Positions 23,354 to 37,760 of a stretch of 64,000 nucleotides of DNA are shown here, piece after piece. The DNA comes from Chiloscyllium plagiosum (taxonomy: Eukaryota). The DNA lies in NCBI RefSeq assembly GCF_004010195.1, contig NC_057758.1, positions 8,225,353 through 8,289,352 on the forward strand, written 5' to 3'. Position numbers and translations under genes: made by a program. Position 1 is the stretch's first letter. Each line of letters starts with the position of its first letter. The notes below the pieces were generated by a model. The model was not told the origin of the DNA and did not search any database. It saw nothing but the letters and a program-made list of their open reading frames with translations.

Positions 23354-24299
23354 TTCTCCTCTGAATACTCTGCTGTTCCGTATACAGTCCGGATGTGCAG
23401 GTTTGGTGGATTGGTCAAGATAAATTGCGCATAGTATCCGGAAAATTCAGGTTGGGTGCATAATTCATGGGAAATACAGAGCTAATGAAGCAGGGCAGTA
23501 GTTTAATCTGGCCGGGATGCTCTTTGGAGGGTCAGCTTGGCCTTATTATATCAGGCATTAAGAGTTTAATAATGACCATAAATCCATTGTTGACACAAAT
23601 GTAGTTTAGTGAAGGGAACTGTCACCCTTAACTGCTCTGATTTGCATGTGACTTCAGACAATGGCAATATCGTTGGCTCTCAATTATGGATGGGTAATAA
23701 ATTCTGGCCCAGACAGGAGTTGAAATGAATGAGTTGGGTGTGGAGTATTCTCATAAAATTAGGCTACAGTTCAGTCAGAATCTCATTGAATAGTGGAATG
23801 AATACAAAAAAATGCCTAGTGGCCTGCTCCCACACTGCAGTGTTGTGCTATATTATATTGTTTTTGGACCAATTCTCCATTCCTATTTGTGTCTTGAAGT
23901 TTACTATCAGGTCACTGATAAATCTTGAAAATATTAGAGAAAACGGGGCTGATTATTTCAATCTCTCCTCACAACTTAACCACTGAAATCCAGGCATCGA
24001 TTTTACAAATATTTCTTGGAGTTGCTTCAAGGTCAGCATCTCCTTCGAAACATCTGCTGCTCAGATATGCACACAGTACTCGAGGTGAGGTCTAACCAGA
24101 GTATTTCAAAATCACAGTGTAACGTCTGCGTCCTCACGTTTCAATCCTCCAGATATGAAAGTGAGCTATCCTTGAGCAGTCTTGTTTATTTTCTGCAAAT
24201 GTCCACTCCTGTTTTATTTAATTTCTTTCCCTCCAAACTTTAGTGTTCCGCAATCGCTGATGAACAAGGGATTAAGCATTGTGTGCTGTTTTGGTTTTC

Positions 24300-24815
24300 C
24301 TTTCTGTGCAAGGAGGCTTTTGCTCTCGAGGGAGTACAGCAAGCTTTAGCAGACTGATCCGAGGATGGCCCACAGACATATAAGGGGAGATTAGTAAGTT
24401 TAGGAGTTCAGACGGCATGAGGGGGCATCTCATAAAGATTTATAAAAAATCTAACAGGACTACACAGGATAGATGCAGACAGGAAATTCCGGGTAGTGGG
24501 TATATCTAGAACCATGGATCAGAGTGGGAGGATTCGGCTTGACTATTTAGTACAGAGACTAGGAGCTATTTCTTCATTCAAAGATTGTTGACCCTGTGGA
24601 ACTCATCTCCACAGGAAAAGACTGATACCAGAACATTGAATGGACGCAAGAGGCGACTGAATGAAGTAATTCTGACAAACGGGAACATGTGCAGAAAGCA
24701 GGATGAGACTATTGATTTGGACAGCCAGTCAAGAACGTGATGAATGGTGGACCAGTCTTGATGGGAAGAACGGCCTCCTGCTGTGCCAAATTTCTTTGTT
24801 TCTATGTTTTTCTGT
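24300..24815 (+). mobile_element. CR1 3' fragment
   Basis: ALEGVQQ..RGHLIKIYK-like remnant; tail ends tttctatg. Confidence 0.7.
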
Positions 24816-24819
24816 TTAA

Positions 24820-27800
24820 CGTTTGATACCTCTGTCTCTCCATGTGGCTGCACACCGCAGCAATGCAGTTACCACTGACCTTCTCTATCTCGACATTGAG
24901 TCCAGATTCACAGCTTTGTAGTCATGACTCAACTGCTCCCTGTCTCCAAATGTGACTTTGGCTAACAGCATTTTGTTATCATTTTACTCTGTGTCTCTGC
25001 ATGTGATGCAAGAACAATAGTACTGTGGTTAGTACTGACTGTCTCTGCCTGGTTACGTGACTCCAGACCCACAGCACTGTATTTGCCGAAGATGTGTTCT
25101 GTATCTACATGTAAATCCTGGGCAACAGTATTGTGACTATCAGTGACCTGCTCTGTCTCTGCATGTGACACCAGAACCGCAGCACTGCCCTCCTCCAGAT
25201 CTAAGCGGGACATCTGACTTAGTGTCCTGTGTGGAACTATGATCAGGAGTGTCCATGCACTGACTCCAGGTCCAAAGTATTGCGCTCATCACTGACATAT
25301 TCTGTTTCTTCATGTGATTCCACACCCACATCACTGTAGTACAAATTTACTTACTCGCTCTCTACTTGAGTCACGGGTGCAAGTACTGTGGTGATCAGAA
25401 ATCTTTCCTGTCTCTACAGATAACTCCGACACACAGGACTTTGCGTATTATTAACCTGCTCTGACCTCTCATGTCACTCCACCCGCTGCATTGTGATAAC
25501 CATCAATATGTTACGGACCTACACGTAATTCCAGATTCGAAGCACTACGTTCATTTCTGACATGCTCTGCCTCTACATATGACTCCTGGTCCAAAGATTT
25601 GTGTTTACCATTAATTGCATTGTCTCTATTTGTGAATCCATACCCACAGCGCTGTTGTCACCAATGACACGTACTACATATGATTCCAGGCCAACCTCAC
25701 CATGCGATCCATTGACTTGCTCCATCTCAACATCTTCCACTAGACGCATGATTTCTGATGAAGGACTGATGCCCAAAACGTCTGTTCTGCTCCTCAGATG
25801 CTGCCTGACCTGTTGTGCTTTCTCAGCAACACACTCTTGAATCTTCAATGCCTACTACTGACTTGTTCTGTATCTGCGTATGACTCCAAGTACAGCACTG
25901 TGGTTTTCATTGACCTGCTCTGACGCCTGATGCATATCCGAAATAAAACAATATTGCAGTTGCCACTGACATGTCCTGTCTCTGGATGTAACTTCAAACG
26001 CACAGCATTGTTGTTCAAAATGACCTGCTCTGGAATGATGTAAATGCAGATCTAGAGTATGGTGGTTGCTATTGACCGTTTTTGAGTCTACATGTGTCTC
26101 CAGGTGCTGCAATCCACATTGAACTTCTTTTTCTGCATACGAAGTCAGATCCACAGCACTGTGGTTATCACAGGGCTCTCTATTTTTTACATGTGACTCT
26201 AGGTCCACAACACCTTTGTTATCACATTTTTTCCCCTGACTCTGTATGTGATTCAAGGCAGACAACACTGTGTTAACACTAACCTTCTCTGTCCCTGCAT
26301 GTCACTCCAGACCTACAGCACGTGTTTATCACAGACGTGTTCTATCTTTAAGTGAAACTCTTGGCCAACAGCCATGCAGTTATCACTGATCTATTCTGTC
26401 TCTCCGTGCAACTTCAGACCAAAGCATTGTGATTACTAATGCCCAGCTCTGGGTCTACATGTAAAGTGAGACAAAAGGTATTATGAAGACCTCCGGCCTG
26501 CTGTGTCATTCCATGTGACGCCAGAACCATAGCACTATTCTTATTATTGGTCTCTTCTGCCTCTGCATGTCATTCCAGACCCACAGAACTGAGTTTAACA
26601 TTTACTTTCAATTCTCTGCATGTGGTCTCGGGCCCACAACACAATGGTTTCCACCGACCTGCTATCTCGACATGTAAACCTGGGCCCCCAAACCTGTCGG
26701 TGCGTCGGACCTACTTTGGACTGACATTTCAGACCCGTCCTTAACACAGTGGTGATCACTAATCTTCTATGTGTCTGCAAGTGACTACACATCCGAAGCA
26801 CTCTTGTTGTTACTGATCTATTCTAATTCTATGCTTGACATGAGACGTACAATGCTCTTGTTCCCACTGTCCTATTCTGTTTCTGCATGAAACTCCTGGC
26901 CAACAGCACCTCGGTTGGGACGCAACTGATCTGTGTCCGCATGTGTGTCCAGAACCACAGCACTATGGTTAGCACTGATCTATTCTCTCTCGAAACCTAA
27001 CAGCTGAACAGCAGTGGTTATCCCTGACCTGTTCTGTCAAAGCACGTGACTCCAGACCGACAACTCTGTGGATTCTACGATCCTGCACTGATCTCAAATG
27101 TAACTCCATGTCCAAAGAACTTTGGTTACCCCTGACCAGATCTGTGTCTACATCTGACGCCAAGCATGTAGCATTGTGGCAATCACTGACCTATTATGTC
27201 AATAAACGTGACACCACATTCACAGCAATGTGATTACGTTAGATCTGGTTTGGGTTTGCAATTTAATCCAGACAACTGCACTGTGATTCATATTGAACTG
27301 TTCTAGACCGCCATGTGACTCCAGATATTCAGCTCCGTGTTTGGTACTGAACTGCTTTGTCTCTCCAAGTGGCTGCAGATCCACAGTACTTTTGGCTATT
27401 ACTGACCTGCTCCATCTCTGCAATTATTTCCAGACAAATAACACTGTGGTTCACATTGAACTGCTCTGGGAATTACTTGTGACTCCAGATCTTCAGAACT
27501 GTGGTTACCACTGATCTGCTCTGTCTCAGACTGATAGTCGGAGCTCATAGCACCGTTTGTAACTCTGACTTGTTCTGGATCCAGGTCAGGATGTGACTCC
27601 AGATGGTCAACTTTGTGTTTAGCACTGACCTGTTGTGTCTTTGCATCTGAATCCAGACCAAAGACCTGTAGTGACCACTGACAACCCTGCCTGTACACTT
27701 TGCTCCAGATCCGTAGAACTGAATGTACTCCCAACATAGGCTATCTCTCCAGGTGATGTCAGTCTCACAGAATTGTATTTGCAAATGATATTTTTTGTTC

Positions 27801-28125
27801 TACGTTTGGCTCCAGCCGCAGCTATGTGTTAACCACGGACCTGCTCTCGACCTACTCACCATTCCAGACCGACAACACTGTGAATACCATTGATCTGCTC
27901 TGTCTTCACATATGACAGTGAACCCACACACGGTGGTTACACATGTTCAGCTTTGACTCTGCATATGGTTCTAGAAAAAAACAACTTTTTGGTTGTCACT
28001 GACCTGCTGTGTCTCTGCATGTCATTCCGGCCTACATGACTGATGTTACCATTGACTTGGTCTGCATCTGTATTTGACTCCATACCAAAGTGTCATGGTT
28101 ACCACAGACATGCCCCGTCTCTAAG
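24820..28125. repeat. Degenerate 54-bp tandem satellite, left part
   Basis: Approximate consensus gactccagacccacagcactgtggttatcactgacctgctctgtctctacatgt recurring every ~54 bp. A short TE interrupts it at ~25740-25850. Confidence 0.9.
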
Positions 28126-28139
28126 TCTCCACGTAGAAC

Positions 28140-31100
28140 TCATGGAATACGTAGGAAAAGGGATGGGGATGTAAGGCAGGAATTCAAGGAGACAGGTTGG
28201 AAGCTTTTCGGAGGCCAAAAAAAACTGTCAACAGGATGTGCCTTGTTTGTTAACTTTGCCCAGTTCTAGCAGGAGAGGAGTAGGAAGTGAGCGAGGAGGT
28301 CAACAAATGTATTCAATTCCCGTGCAGGAGAGAGGATTCAGATACCTCGATAATTGGGACTCATTATGGTGTAGGTGGGTCCTCTACAAACGGGATGTTC
28401 GATACCTGGGCAGGAGGGGATAGCAATATCCTGAGTTGGGAGGGATTGGATTTGCTAATGGTCTTTGGGAGGGTATAATCTAATTAAACAGGAGATGTGA
28501 ACCTGAATTGTAGCTGAGGTGCACAGGCGTTTGACAGGTGAAAGCATAATAAGGTTTCAATCTCACTGGAATTTAACAGCAGGCATGAAATTTCTTTGAA
28601 ATATGCCTACTTCAACGTCAGGAGAGTCAGGAAAAGATGGGTGAACTTGCATCACGGGTTGTTAAATGAAAGTTCGATGTTATGACCAATTCGGTGACAT
28701 GGACAGAGCAGGGAAAGGAAGTTTGTTGCAGTTCCAGGATTTTGATATTTCAGTGAGAAAAAGAGAAAGTGATCAAAAAGGGGTATGTGTGGCATTGTTA
28801 ATCAGAAGAGCGTTAAGATTTTAGAAAGGATATTTTATAAGTAATCCAAAATTGGGATAGTATGGGCTGAGATTAGAAACAGGAAAGGGGAGTTCACACT
28901 TCTAGGAGATTTCTACAGGCCGTCAAATATTTCCAAAGATCCAGTGGAAACGATTCTGAAGATGATTCCGGATAGGAAAGGCAAATACAAGGTATTTGTT
29001 ATGTAGGCCTTTAACTTTCCAAATATTGACTGAAAACGCGAGAGTTCATGTATTTCGAATGGGTGAGTTTTAGTCCACTGTACGCAGGAGGTTGTCCTGA
29101 CACAGTATGTCGATAGTCAAACAAGAGGCGAGGCCGCCTTGGATTTGACACTTCGTAATGAACCAGGCCAGATGTTAGATTTGAAGGTAAGTGAGTCATT
29201 TGGTGATCGTGACCACAATCCAGTTACGTTTACTTTAACGATGGAGAGACATAGGTACGGACAGCAGGGCAAGAGTTATATCTGGGTGAAATGCAATTAT
29301 TACGCGATTAGGCATGAGATAGGATCCAAAGTATCAGGAAGGAAACTGCAGGTAATAGGCACTTTTGAAATGGGGAGCTTGTTCAAGGAACAGCTACTTC
29401 ATGATCTTGATGTGCGCGTACATGTCAGACAGAACAGAAGTGGTCGATCAAGGGGAACCATATCTTTCTGAAATGATTTGAGTCTCTTGTCAAGAGGAAG
29501 ACGAAGGCTGCTGTAAAAATGAGACATGAGGGCTCAGTCATGGCGCTTGGCAGTTACACGTTAGTCAGGACGGGACTAAATGGAGACCTAGGAAGAGCCA
29601 AGAGGAGACATGCGAATTTTTTGGGAGGTAGAATCAAGGAAAGCCCGAAAGCTTTCGACAGGATTGTAAGGAACAAATTAACGGTTAGAGTAATATTAGG
29701 ATCAGAAATGACAGAAGTGGAATGGGTGTGCGTTGAGTCTGAATAGATAGGAGAGGCGTTAAATGAACATTTTTCGCCAGTATTCGCACAGGAAAAAAGG
29801 AATGTTTTCGAAGAGGTTAATGCGATTCCAGCTATTGGACTGGACAGGATTAAAATTCATCAGTAGGAGTTGTAAGCAAGTCTGGAAAGTGTGAAAATAA
29901 GTAAGTCCCCTGGGCATGGTGTGATTTTGTCATAAGAGTCGCCAGGAAGCTAGGGAGGAGAAAACAGATACTTTGGCTTTAATCTTTCTGTTGTCAATGT
30001 CTGCAGGAATAGTTTCAGAAGACTGGAAAATAGCAAATGTAGGCCCTTGCTCACGAAGGAGAGTAAGGAAAGCCCTGACAATTATTAGGACTGAACCTTA
30101 TTTCGGATGTGGTATAAAGAAGGGAGAGGATTATAAAGATAGGATTGAAAATCATCTGGAAAGGAATAAATTCATTAGGAATACTCAACTCGGATTTCGG
30201 AAGGGAAGGTCGTGCCTCACAAACCTTATTTATTCTTTGAGAAGGTGACTCAGCATAAACTGCTTGAAGTGGTATACATGGATTTCAGTAAAGCGTTGGA
30301 TAACATTCTCTCCGGTATTCGTAGAAATTGTGGAGGAATGCGATTGATGGTGATTTGACGGCTTGGACCAGGAATTGGTTGACTGTGAGAAGACAGAGGG
30401 TGGTGGTTGATGGGGAATGTTCATCATGAAGTTCAGTCACTTGTGGTGGGCCACATGAAGCTATTTTGGGGCCACTGCTCTTTATCATTTTTATAATTGA
30501 CCTGGATGAGGGTGCAGGAGAAAGTGTGTACTGCAGATGCTGAAGTTCAGAGTCCCAAAGTGTGATGCTGGAAACGTACAGCCGGTCAGGCAGCTTCCGA
30601 AGAGCGTGAGAGTCGACAATTCGAACATAAGATCTTCATTAGGAATGAGGAATGGCTTCAGGGGGCTGAGGGATAATTGGGAGTGCGGAGGGATTGAGGG
30701 AAGATCACGAGGAATGAAATAGATCGATGACATGGGAAGTGGTAATGGTAATACATTGGAAAGGTGGGTGGAGTGCATAGGTAGAAATGAAGATGGGAAG
30801 TGCGAAAATAAGTAAGTCCCCTGGGCTGGGTGGGATTTTGTCATAAGATTCGCTGAGAAGCTGGGGAGGAGAAAGCAGATACTTTGGCTTTAATCTTTTT
30901 GTTGCCAATGTCAGCAGGAATAATTCCAGAAGACTGGAAGATAGCAGATGTTGGCCCTTGCTCAAGCAGGAGTTCAAGAGAGTGAAGCTTCATTGGAAGA
31001 TTACATCTGGGACAAAGTTGGGGGGAGAGAAAATTAAGAAACTGGTGAAGTCTACATTGATCGTGTGTGGCAGGAGGGTCTCAATTCGGAAGAGGAAGTA

Positions 31101-32320
31101 TTCTTCCTCCATGCGTTGGGTGGCTAGAGTTTGGTTGTTAAGGAGGCCCAGGCATGCATGGATTGACGGATTGGGATGGAAAGCTAAAATGGTCGGCCAA
31201 AGTGTGAGGGGATTCAGAAGCGTATGTACAAGAGGAACGAATGGATTAATAAATTTGTGGATGACACAAAATTTGATGGAGAAGTGGATCGTGCAGAAGG
31301 ATGTTGCATTTTCCAGAGAACCATTGATAAGCTGCAGAGCTGGGCTGAGAAGTGGGAAATGGAGTTTCATGTAGATTTTGGTTGCTGAGCTGGAAGGTTC
31401 ATTTCAAGATGTTTCATCACCCGACTAGGTAACCTCTTCAGTGGGCCTCTGGGGAAGCACTGTTGATAGAATGTTTGTTGATAGAGTTCCGTGTGGAATG
31501 TCATGCTTCCAGGAATTCTTGTGCATGTCTTTGTTTGGATTGCCCGAGAATGAATGTGTTATCCCAGTCGAAGTGGTGTCCTTCCTCATCCATATGTAAA
31601 GACACGAGCGAGAGAGGTTGATGTCGTTTTCCAGCTAGTTGGTGTTCACGTATCCTGGTGGCAACTCTTCTGCCTATTTGTTCAATGTAAGGTTTGTTAC
31701 AGTCCTGGCAAGGTATTTTGTAATGACATTCGTTTTGCGTGTTGTTTGTATAGGTTCTTTCGAGTTCTTTGGCTGCTATTTTAGTGTGTTGGTGGGTGTG
31801 TGGGCTACCACGATGTCAAGGGGTCTGAGTAAAACCACATCGAGTTAGATGCCAGCTATCACCCCTGGAGAAAAGAACAGGAAGCGACTTTGGAACAGGA
31901 AATGATATTACCACACGAAATGACATCACTAACCCAAACAAATCCAAACATATAAATAGAAAGCAGGACTTCACCTGAGACCCACTGAAGATGTTACCTG
32001 GTAGGGCGCCAAAACGTCTGGAAATGATTCTTCGCACTCAGCAAGCAAACCTACATCCAGAACCTCAACCTGATCTACAAATCATCTCAAAACTCACGAA
32101 TGGAGTTTAACGCAAAAAAGTGTGAGGTTATTCAATTTCGAAGGAGTACCAGGAATGAAGAGTACTGGGCTGATGAACACAGAGATTTTGGTATCCATGG
32201 GCATAGATCCCTTGAATGATGACACCCCGGTTGCTAGAGTTGTTAAGAAGGTGTACCGTGAGTTCGCTAATATGATTTTCAAAGCCAAAAGGCCATATTG
32301 CATCTGTACAAAATTCTACG
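28140..32320 (+). mobile_element. Long decayed CR1 LINE (ORF1 end, endonuclease, RT) with nested insertions
   Basis: GFRYLDNWD (ORF1 esterase-like), YFNVR, FGDRDHN, RIKESPKAF, EDWKIANV, GRSCLTNL, YMDFSKA and KFVDDTK. Confidence 0.88.
31375..32095 (-). mobile_element. Penelope-like fragment with inverted terminal segment, nested in CR1
   Basis: Minus strand encodes EFLEA* and GHHFDWDNT-like sequence. 31380-31450 is an inverted match to ~31975-32050. The host motif aatggagttt occurs on both sides. Confidence 0.7.
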
Positions 32321-32409
32321 GCCGCATCAGGCTGTGGGATTTCCCCAGACTCGATGGTTTTACGCATGTGAGCCCCCCCCACCCCCCCTCCCCCCCCCCC
32401 GCCACCACC

Positions 32410-32815
32410 GGCCAACAGTGATGTGCTCATCACCGACCTGCTGCATCACCAAGTATGACCTCTAGACATACAGAACTGCGATTACTACTGATCTGCTCCA
32501 TCTCTACAAGTAAATCCAACTCCACAGCACTTTGATTCCCAATTATCTGCTCCAGGTCTCAATATGACTCGATACCCACAGCGCTGTGGTTACTGCTAAC
32601 CCACTCAGTCCAAACATGTGACTTCATGCTTAGAGGACTATGGTTCATATTGACCGTCCAATGTTACATGTGATCAAAAGCCGAAGTACTGTGGGTATCA
32701 CTGGCCTGCTTTGTCGCTACATGTAAGCCCAGACCCACAGCACTGTTCATGTTCTTGACCTGCTTTGGTCCTAAATATCACACCAGACCCACATGACGAT
32801 GGTTGCGACTAAACT
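32410..32815. repeat. 54-bp satellite, right part
   Basis: The same unit (ccagacccacagcactg) resumes after the CR1. Confidence 0.85.
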
Positions 32816-34211
32816 GCGAATAGAATGTCGGCCTTTGCTTCAAATGGAATAGAGTACTTGACTTAACCAACTTCCCAGGTAGGATGTTCCATATTTCCAC
32901 TGTCCTGTGAATGAAACAAAAGTTCCCATTTCGCTTCTCAGCTAATTATTCGCCAGGTGAAACGATTACACTCTAGTCTCGCAACCTGATTTGTTCATAA
33001 ATCTCAAGATTTTCTCGACATCAATCCGAGTCCCCCACAGCATCTCCTGCCCCGAGGAAAACAAAAGCAACCTGTCCAATCACTCATCATAACTGCGGTT
33101 TTTAATCACAGGCAACATCGTACTCAATCTCATCTCCATCCTCTCCTCTGCACACATTCCCTTCTGATAGTGTGGTGACAAGTACTGCAGATATTATTAT
33201 ATGTGTGGATGAAGCAATGTCTTAAACATTTGTAATGAGACTTTGTTGCTGATATACTCCAAAGGCTAATGATGGTTAGCATTCCGTATGTCTTATTCAC
33301 CATCCTTTTCATATGTGCTGACATCTTCAAGGATTTATTAATTTGCATATTAATACCCCTTTGTTCCCAGTACTCCCTATGGACCGACGATACATTGGGC
33401 ATATCCTTCCTTTTTAGAAGTCTCAAAATGCTTATCAAACTTATTAGAATTAAATTACATCTGCACAATTTTGCAGCTGATCAATATCCGGATGTAGCCT
33501 GAGACCATCCTCCTCACTATCATCAACACCGTCAAATTTCGAGTCATTAGTGAGCCTCCTAATTATCCCTTTTACATTCTTATCGACTTGTTACATGTAC
33601 AGCCCACAATCAAAAAAAAATACAGATCCGTTATTTAAAAGTAACCAATTAAAGTTGAGATAAAGAAACATTTCTTTCCTCTTGGAGGGTTTCAAAACTT
33701 TGGAATTCCCTTCTTGAAAAGACAATGGTGTAAACACTTTAAACTTTTAAGGCGTATTCAGAGAGATTCTTGATGAACAACGGGATGAAAGCTGATCAAG
33801 GAATATGTAGGAATGCAGAGTTGAGGATAACATTTGAACAACTATGATCTAACTGAATATAAACTGAAAAAACTACGCATGCTAAACATTCCAAGAAAAA
33901 AATTCTGGAAAAGCTCAACAGGTCTGGTAGCTTCCATGGAGAGAATTCATAATTAAACATTAGCTTCGCGAGAACCTTCCTGAGAACTCTGGTTCACTTA
34001 TCCAGTTCTGAGGAAGGGTCAGTCAACGAGAAAGGTTAACTCTGACATTTCTCCACAGATGATGCCAGATGTGCCGAGTTTTCCCAGTAATTTCTGTTGT
34101 ATGTTGTGTTATTGATTTGTTGTTCAGCAGACTCGAAGGGCTGAGTGGTCTACATTTGGTCGTATTTTCTGTGTTTGAACGAATCCACGGAGACCGCCTC
34201 TCTTACTGCAG

Positions 34212-34555
34212 TTGGATTATGGTTAATTCATCTCCTGTTGCAAGCCAAGCCTGGTGGAAACTTCCCTCCCTGTTGCCACAATGTGGATAGAATTGATACA
34301 ACAGATGGTTTCTTGGTGTTCGGCATGCATGCAGGGTAAATTTTGTCTCCAGCTCCTTGCAACTGTGGCTCCCAATTTCCATTCCAGGCTTTGCGGTCAG
34401 AACGCGAGTAAACGATGATTTTCCGTGTGATGCAACAGGGTGATGCCTAACTCCCCTTTGAGAGAAACAGCATGTCTCCCATCCCTTCCCCAAAGGAAGG
34501 GTGTATAATTATTCAGTGACTTTACCTGCGGGCTGTTGTTTGTGTGTGTTCAAAC
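34212..34555 (+). pseudogene. Decayed two-domain defensin-like exon H
   Basis: TCTTACTGCAG|TT acceptor. Motifs: CKPS/GGN[F]..PQCG*N*YNRWFLGVRHACRVNFV[S][S] (TCC, AGC at the CC positions); FPCDATG*CLTP/TACLPSLPQRKGV*LFSDFTCGLLFVC. Confidence 0.45.
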
Positions 34556-35563
34556 ATAGAATCGTAGAATCAGAAAATGTAGGTGAGGCACTTCAGCTCA
34601 TTGAGTCCACACTGTGAAACGTTACTCAAAGTTTATACTTGCCACACATTCCAAAACTTAACGTGTAGCCTTTAATGTTTGGACACATCGTGTGGCTCAT
34701 GCAAGAACTTTTCAAGGATTGTGAGGTTTCCCAACTGAGGTAACTCTCAGTCAAATAATTCCAGACACCACAATCCTCCCGGTGAAAAGTTTTCTCCTCA
34801 ACTTCCCTTCAAATTTTTTACCTTTCAATTTCAAATTATGCCAGCTCGTTATTGACGTTTTGACAGAGGGAAGCAGCTACTTACTGATCACTCTGTCCGC
34901 ATAATCGTGCACACCTCAAACTGTTCATCCCGCTACCTTTTCTGCTTCAAAGCAAATAAACCGAGCAGATCTTGCTTCCCTTTGTTGCTAAACTGATCCA
35001 TAGAATATAGAAATGTACTGTGCAAGAACAGCTGGTTCTGCCCACAATACTACCATTTTAAACTAATTCTATCTGCCTGCACGCAGCTTGTTTCCCTCTT
35101 ATTCTACTCGTTCATTTGTAAATCTAACACATTTTAAGCTTTGCTATGATATCCAGTTCAGCCACCTCTCCTGGCAGAGTAGTCCCGTTACCTACATCCC
35201 TCCCTGTAAAAAAAACTTTCCTCATATATTTCCATATGTATTCCCTACACCTTAAATATATACCTACCTATATTCGACATATCCGCCCTGGGGGTAAAAC
35301 AGCTCTGACTGGATAATCTTACCTCGCATAATTTTTTGTGCTTCGGACACTTGCCCCCCTCCTACTCCCATAGTCTAGTGAAAAAGATCCAAGGTTTTGC
35401 ATTCACTCCTTGCAGTTAATCCTCTCCTATCCTGCCAAACCCCTTTTGGAACCGCCCCAAAGTCTCCATTTCATTCATACACTGTGGCGATCCGGTCTGA
35501 ACATGGTCTTCTGACTGCCGTGTAACCAAATGTCTACACAGCAGCTAAGCTGCAACAAAGACA

Positions 35564-36330
35564 ATGTCATCGCGGTATCCTGCCTATTCTCTGACCGTTG
35601 CTTCCGTCTCTGTCATTATGTTAGAACTATGATCTGACTGGGAAATGAAATTTGGACAACTTATGTTTGTTGATGTCTTTTAGTTTTATTCATATGTGTG
35701 AGAAAGCAGTGCGTCAGGACTCATTGTATTAAGACCATGAAATGAAGATTGAATGGACAGATCTCTCCATTCGGAAACTCAAAGGCTTTCCAGAGGTGCA
35801 TGTTTCCTTTTCTTCATCGCGGGAAAGAAAGGCATGCAGCACACTTAGAAGTGTGGGCATGCCCCATCGGTCCTTACTGAAATTGTCTCATTACATGGTA
35901 CTTTACTGCAGTAACTTCGCTCTAAAACACATGGAATGATTGGATCTAGGAGACAGAACAAAAGAGAAAAAATATTCTTCAATGTTAACATTCCACACAC
36001 AGGACATCCTCCTGTGGTCTCACTGGGGGGCATAAAGCCAGAAAGTGCAGATTGCAGTCTCTCGTTTCTAATAGTAATTTGTTGGGGTCGCAGCAGTACA
36101 TATTACTTGAAGTGGTTTCCATTATTGTTTGTGAATACCAGACCTGCATGCAGTGCTGCAGCTCTGACCTGCTATTGATATAGTCGATTGGGAACTGATC
36201 AGTTTGTTCACAGTGTGCAAATAGTTAGGAAGACGGACTGCAACGTTTCTGAGCACTTTGCTTCAGGAAGTGAGAATCGATAGGAAACATCAGCTGGCTT
36301 AAAGGTGAACACATCCCCTGGTCCGTAACT
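35564..36330 (+). pseudogene. Defensin-like pseudogene E1 (signal-like 35564-35626; Cys exon from 36003)
   Basis: MSSRYPAYSLTVASVSVIMLE, donor lost. ACACAG|GA (phase 1) then GHPPVVSLGGIKPESADCSLSFLIVICWGRSSTY[Y]LKWFPLLFVNTRPACSAAALTC[Y]*. A second decayed motif follows. Confidence 0.55.
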
Positions 36331-37455
36331 CAGTGACTTCATTATTCAGAGAGTTGTTGGGAAATGGAACATCGCTGCCAAGGAGAGAAGTGGAGGCAGA
36401 TTCGACAGATGCTTTCAAAAGAGAATTGGATATTCATTTGAAGGGGATGAATTGAGAGGGATATGGAGGTAGGGATGGAGAATTGTGTTAACTTTGCAGC
36501 TCTTACTGGAGCCGGGGCAGAAACAATGGATAGAATGGTCGCGCTCTGAACTGGAAATTCTATGATTATTATATGATGGGCAGCTGATGAAGCCTTGCTC
36601 AAAGCGGGGTGATTTCAGACCAATCTTAAAGGTGGAAATAGACGTGGTTAGTGTTAAATAATTTCTTGTGCAACAGACTTCTTGAGGCACGGGCAGCATA
36701 GACAGTTTTAATAATACAGCTTAGATCAAAGAAGACCGGACTTGGCGGAATTCAGATATTGTAAAAGCGTTCAAACTGCAGCCACTGCAGATATCAGACC
36801 AACTACACCCACAACTACAATTTCCAGGCTTTTCCCAATACTTCAGCGATTCCCTTACTGCTTGAAAAATCTGTCAGTCTCACCTTTGAGCACACAATTC
36901 TCTTGGGGAGAGAATTGCCTGCATTTACAACAATCCAATAGAAGAAACTTCTCACCAAGAATGTTTTAAATTGTCAACACTTCATTTTAAGACGAGGCTC
37001 TCTGGTCCTACATTCTCACATAAGATCAATCGACCTCTCACCAGTTAAACTGAAAAGACGTTCAAGAGTCGTTTATTCTTCAATAAGCTCACCTCTTATT
37101 CTTCGAAACTCCAACGAGTACTCATCTAACCTACTGAACCTCTCCTGATAAGACCGTCCCTCCATAACTGGCATCAGCCCAATGAACTTTCTGTGGTCTG
37201 CCTTTCTTCAGGTACGCTGCCCGAAACTGTTCACAATAGTCCATTATGCCGACTCGAGTGGTGTTTACCTTCAGTGAAACCTCTAGCATTTCATAATCCA
37301 ATCCATTTCAAATTAAAGTCCTCAAAGCCATTCGTATATTTAAACAAATCTGGTGAACTGTTTGCAAATGCTTCTGCGACAGAGATATTATTACACAACT
37401 TTGGAACATGTAGAATTTGAAACCTCCATTGCACCACGACATTCCCCCTTTCACT

Positions 37456-37760
37456 TTAACTGGGGTACTTACAATTTTTCTGGCCTTCCACCAACACAAG
37501 CTTTCCAATCAGCAAAAGCAGTGTCAACCACTTCATCACTGTTGTGGCGAGAGGAAAAATGACAAGACTGGAACACAGATCATCATTTTATGGTTTCAAA
37601 GATGGTCCTGTTTTTCATCATAGACATAACTATGACTGGCATCAGTTTGAATTATGAAATTAACTCACTAACTGAGACAGGGAGTGAATGGAACGGAAGT
37701 TCAAAGCTATCTCCTTAAAGTTTACATGATGTACCGAACAAAGTTACCGGCCTGAGTAAT
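37456..37760 (+). pseudogene. 5'-deleted defensin-like exon F1
   Basis: QKQCQPLHHCCGERK; lacks the ~283 bp present in the paralog at 50763-51045. Confidence 0.5.

Noticed and set aside
24820..28125. CRISPR-like array, or array of V(D)J recombination signals (CACAGTG on the minus strand)
   Set aside because: There are no unique spacers and the context is eukaryotic. No ACAAAAACC nonamer occurs at 12/23 spacing and no Ig/TCR segments are nearby.
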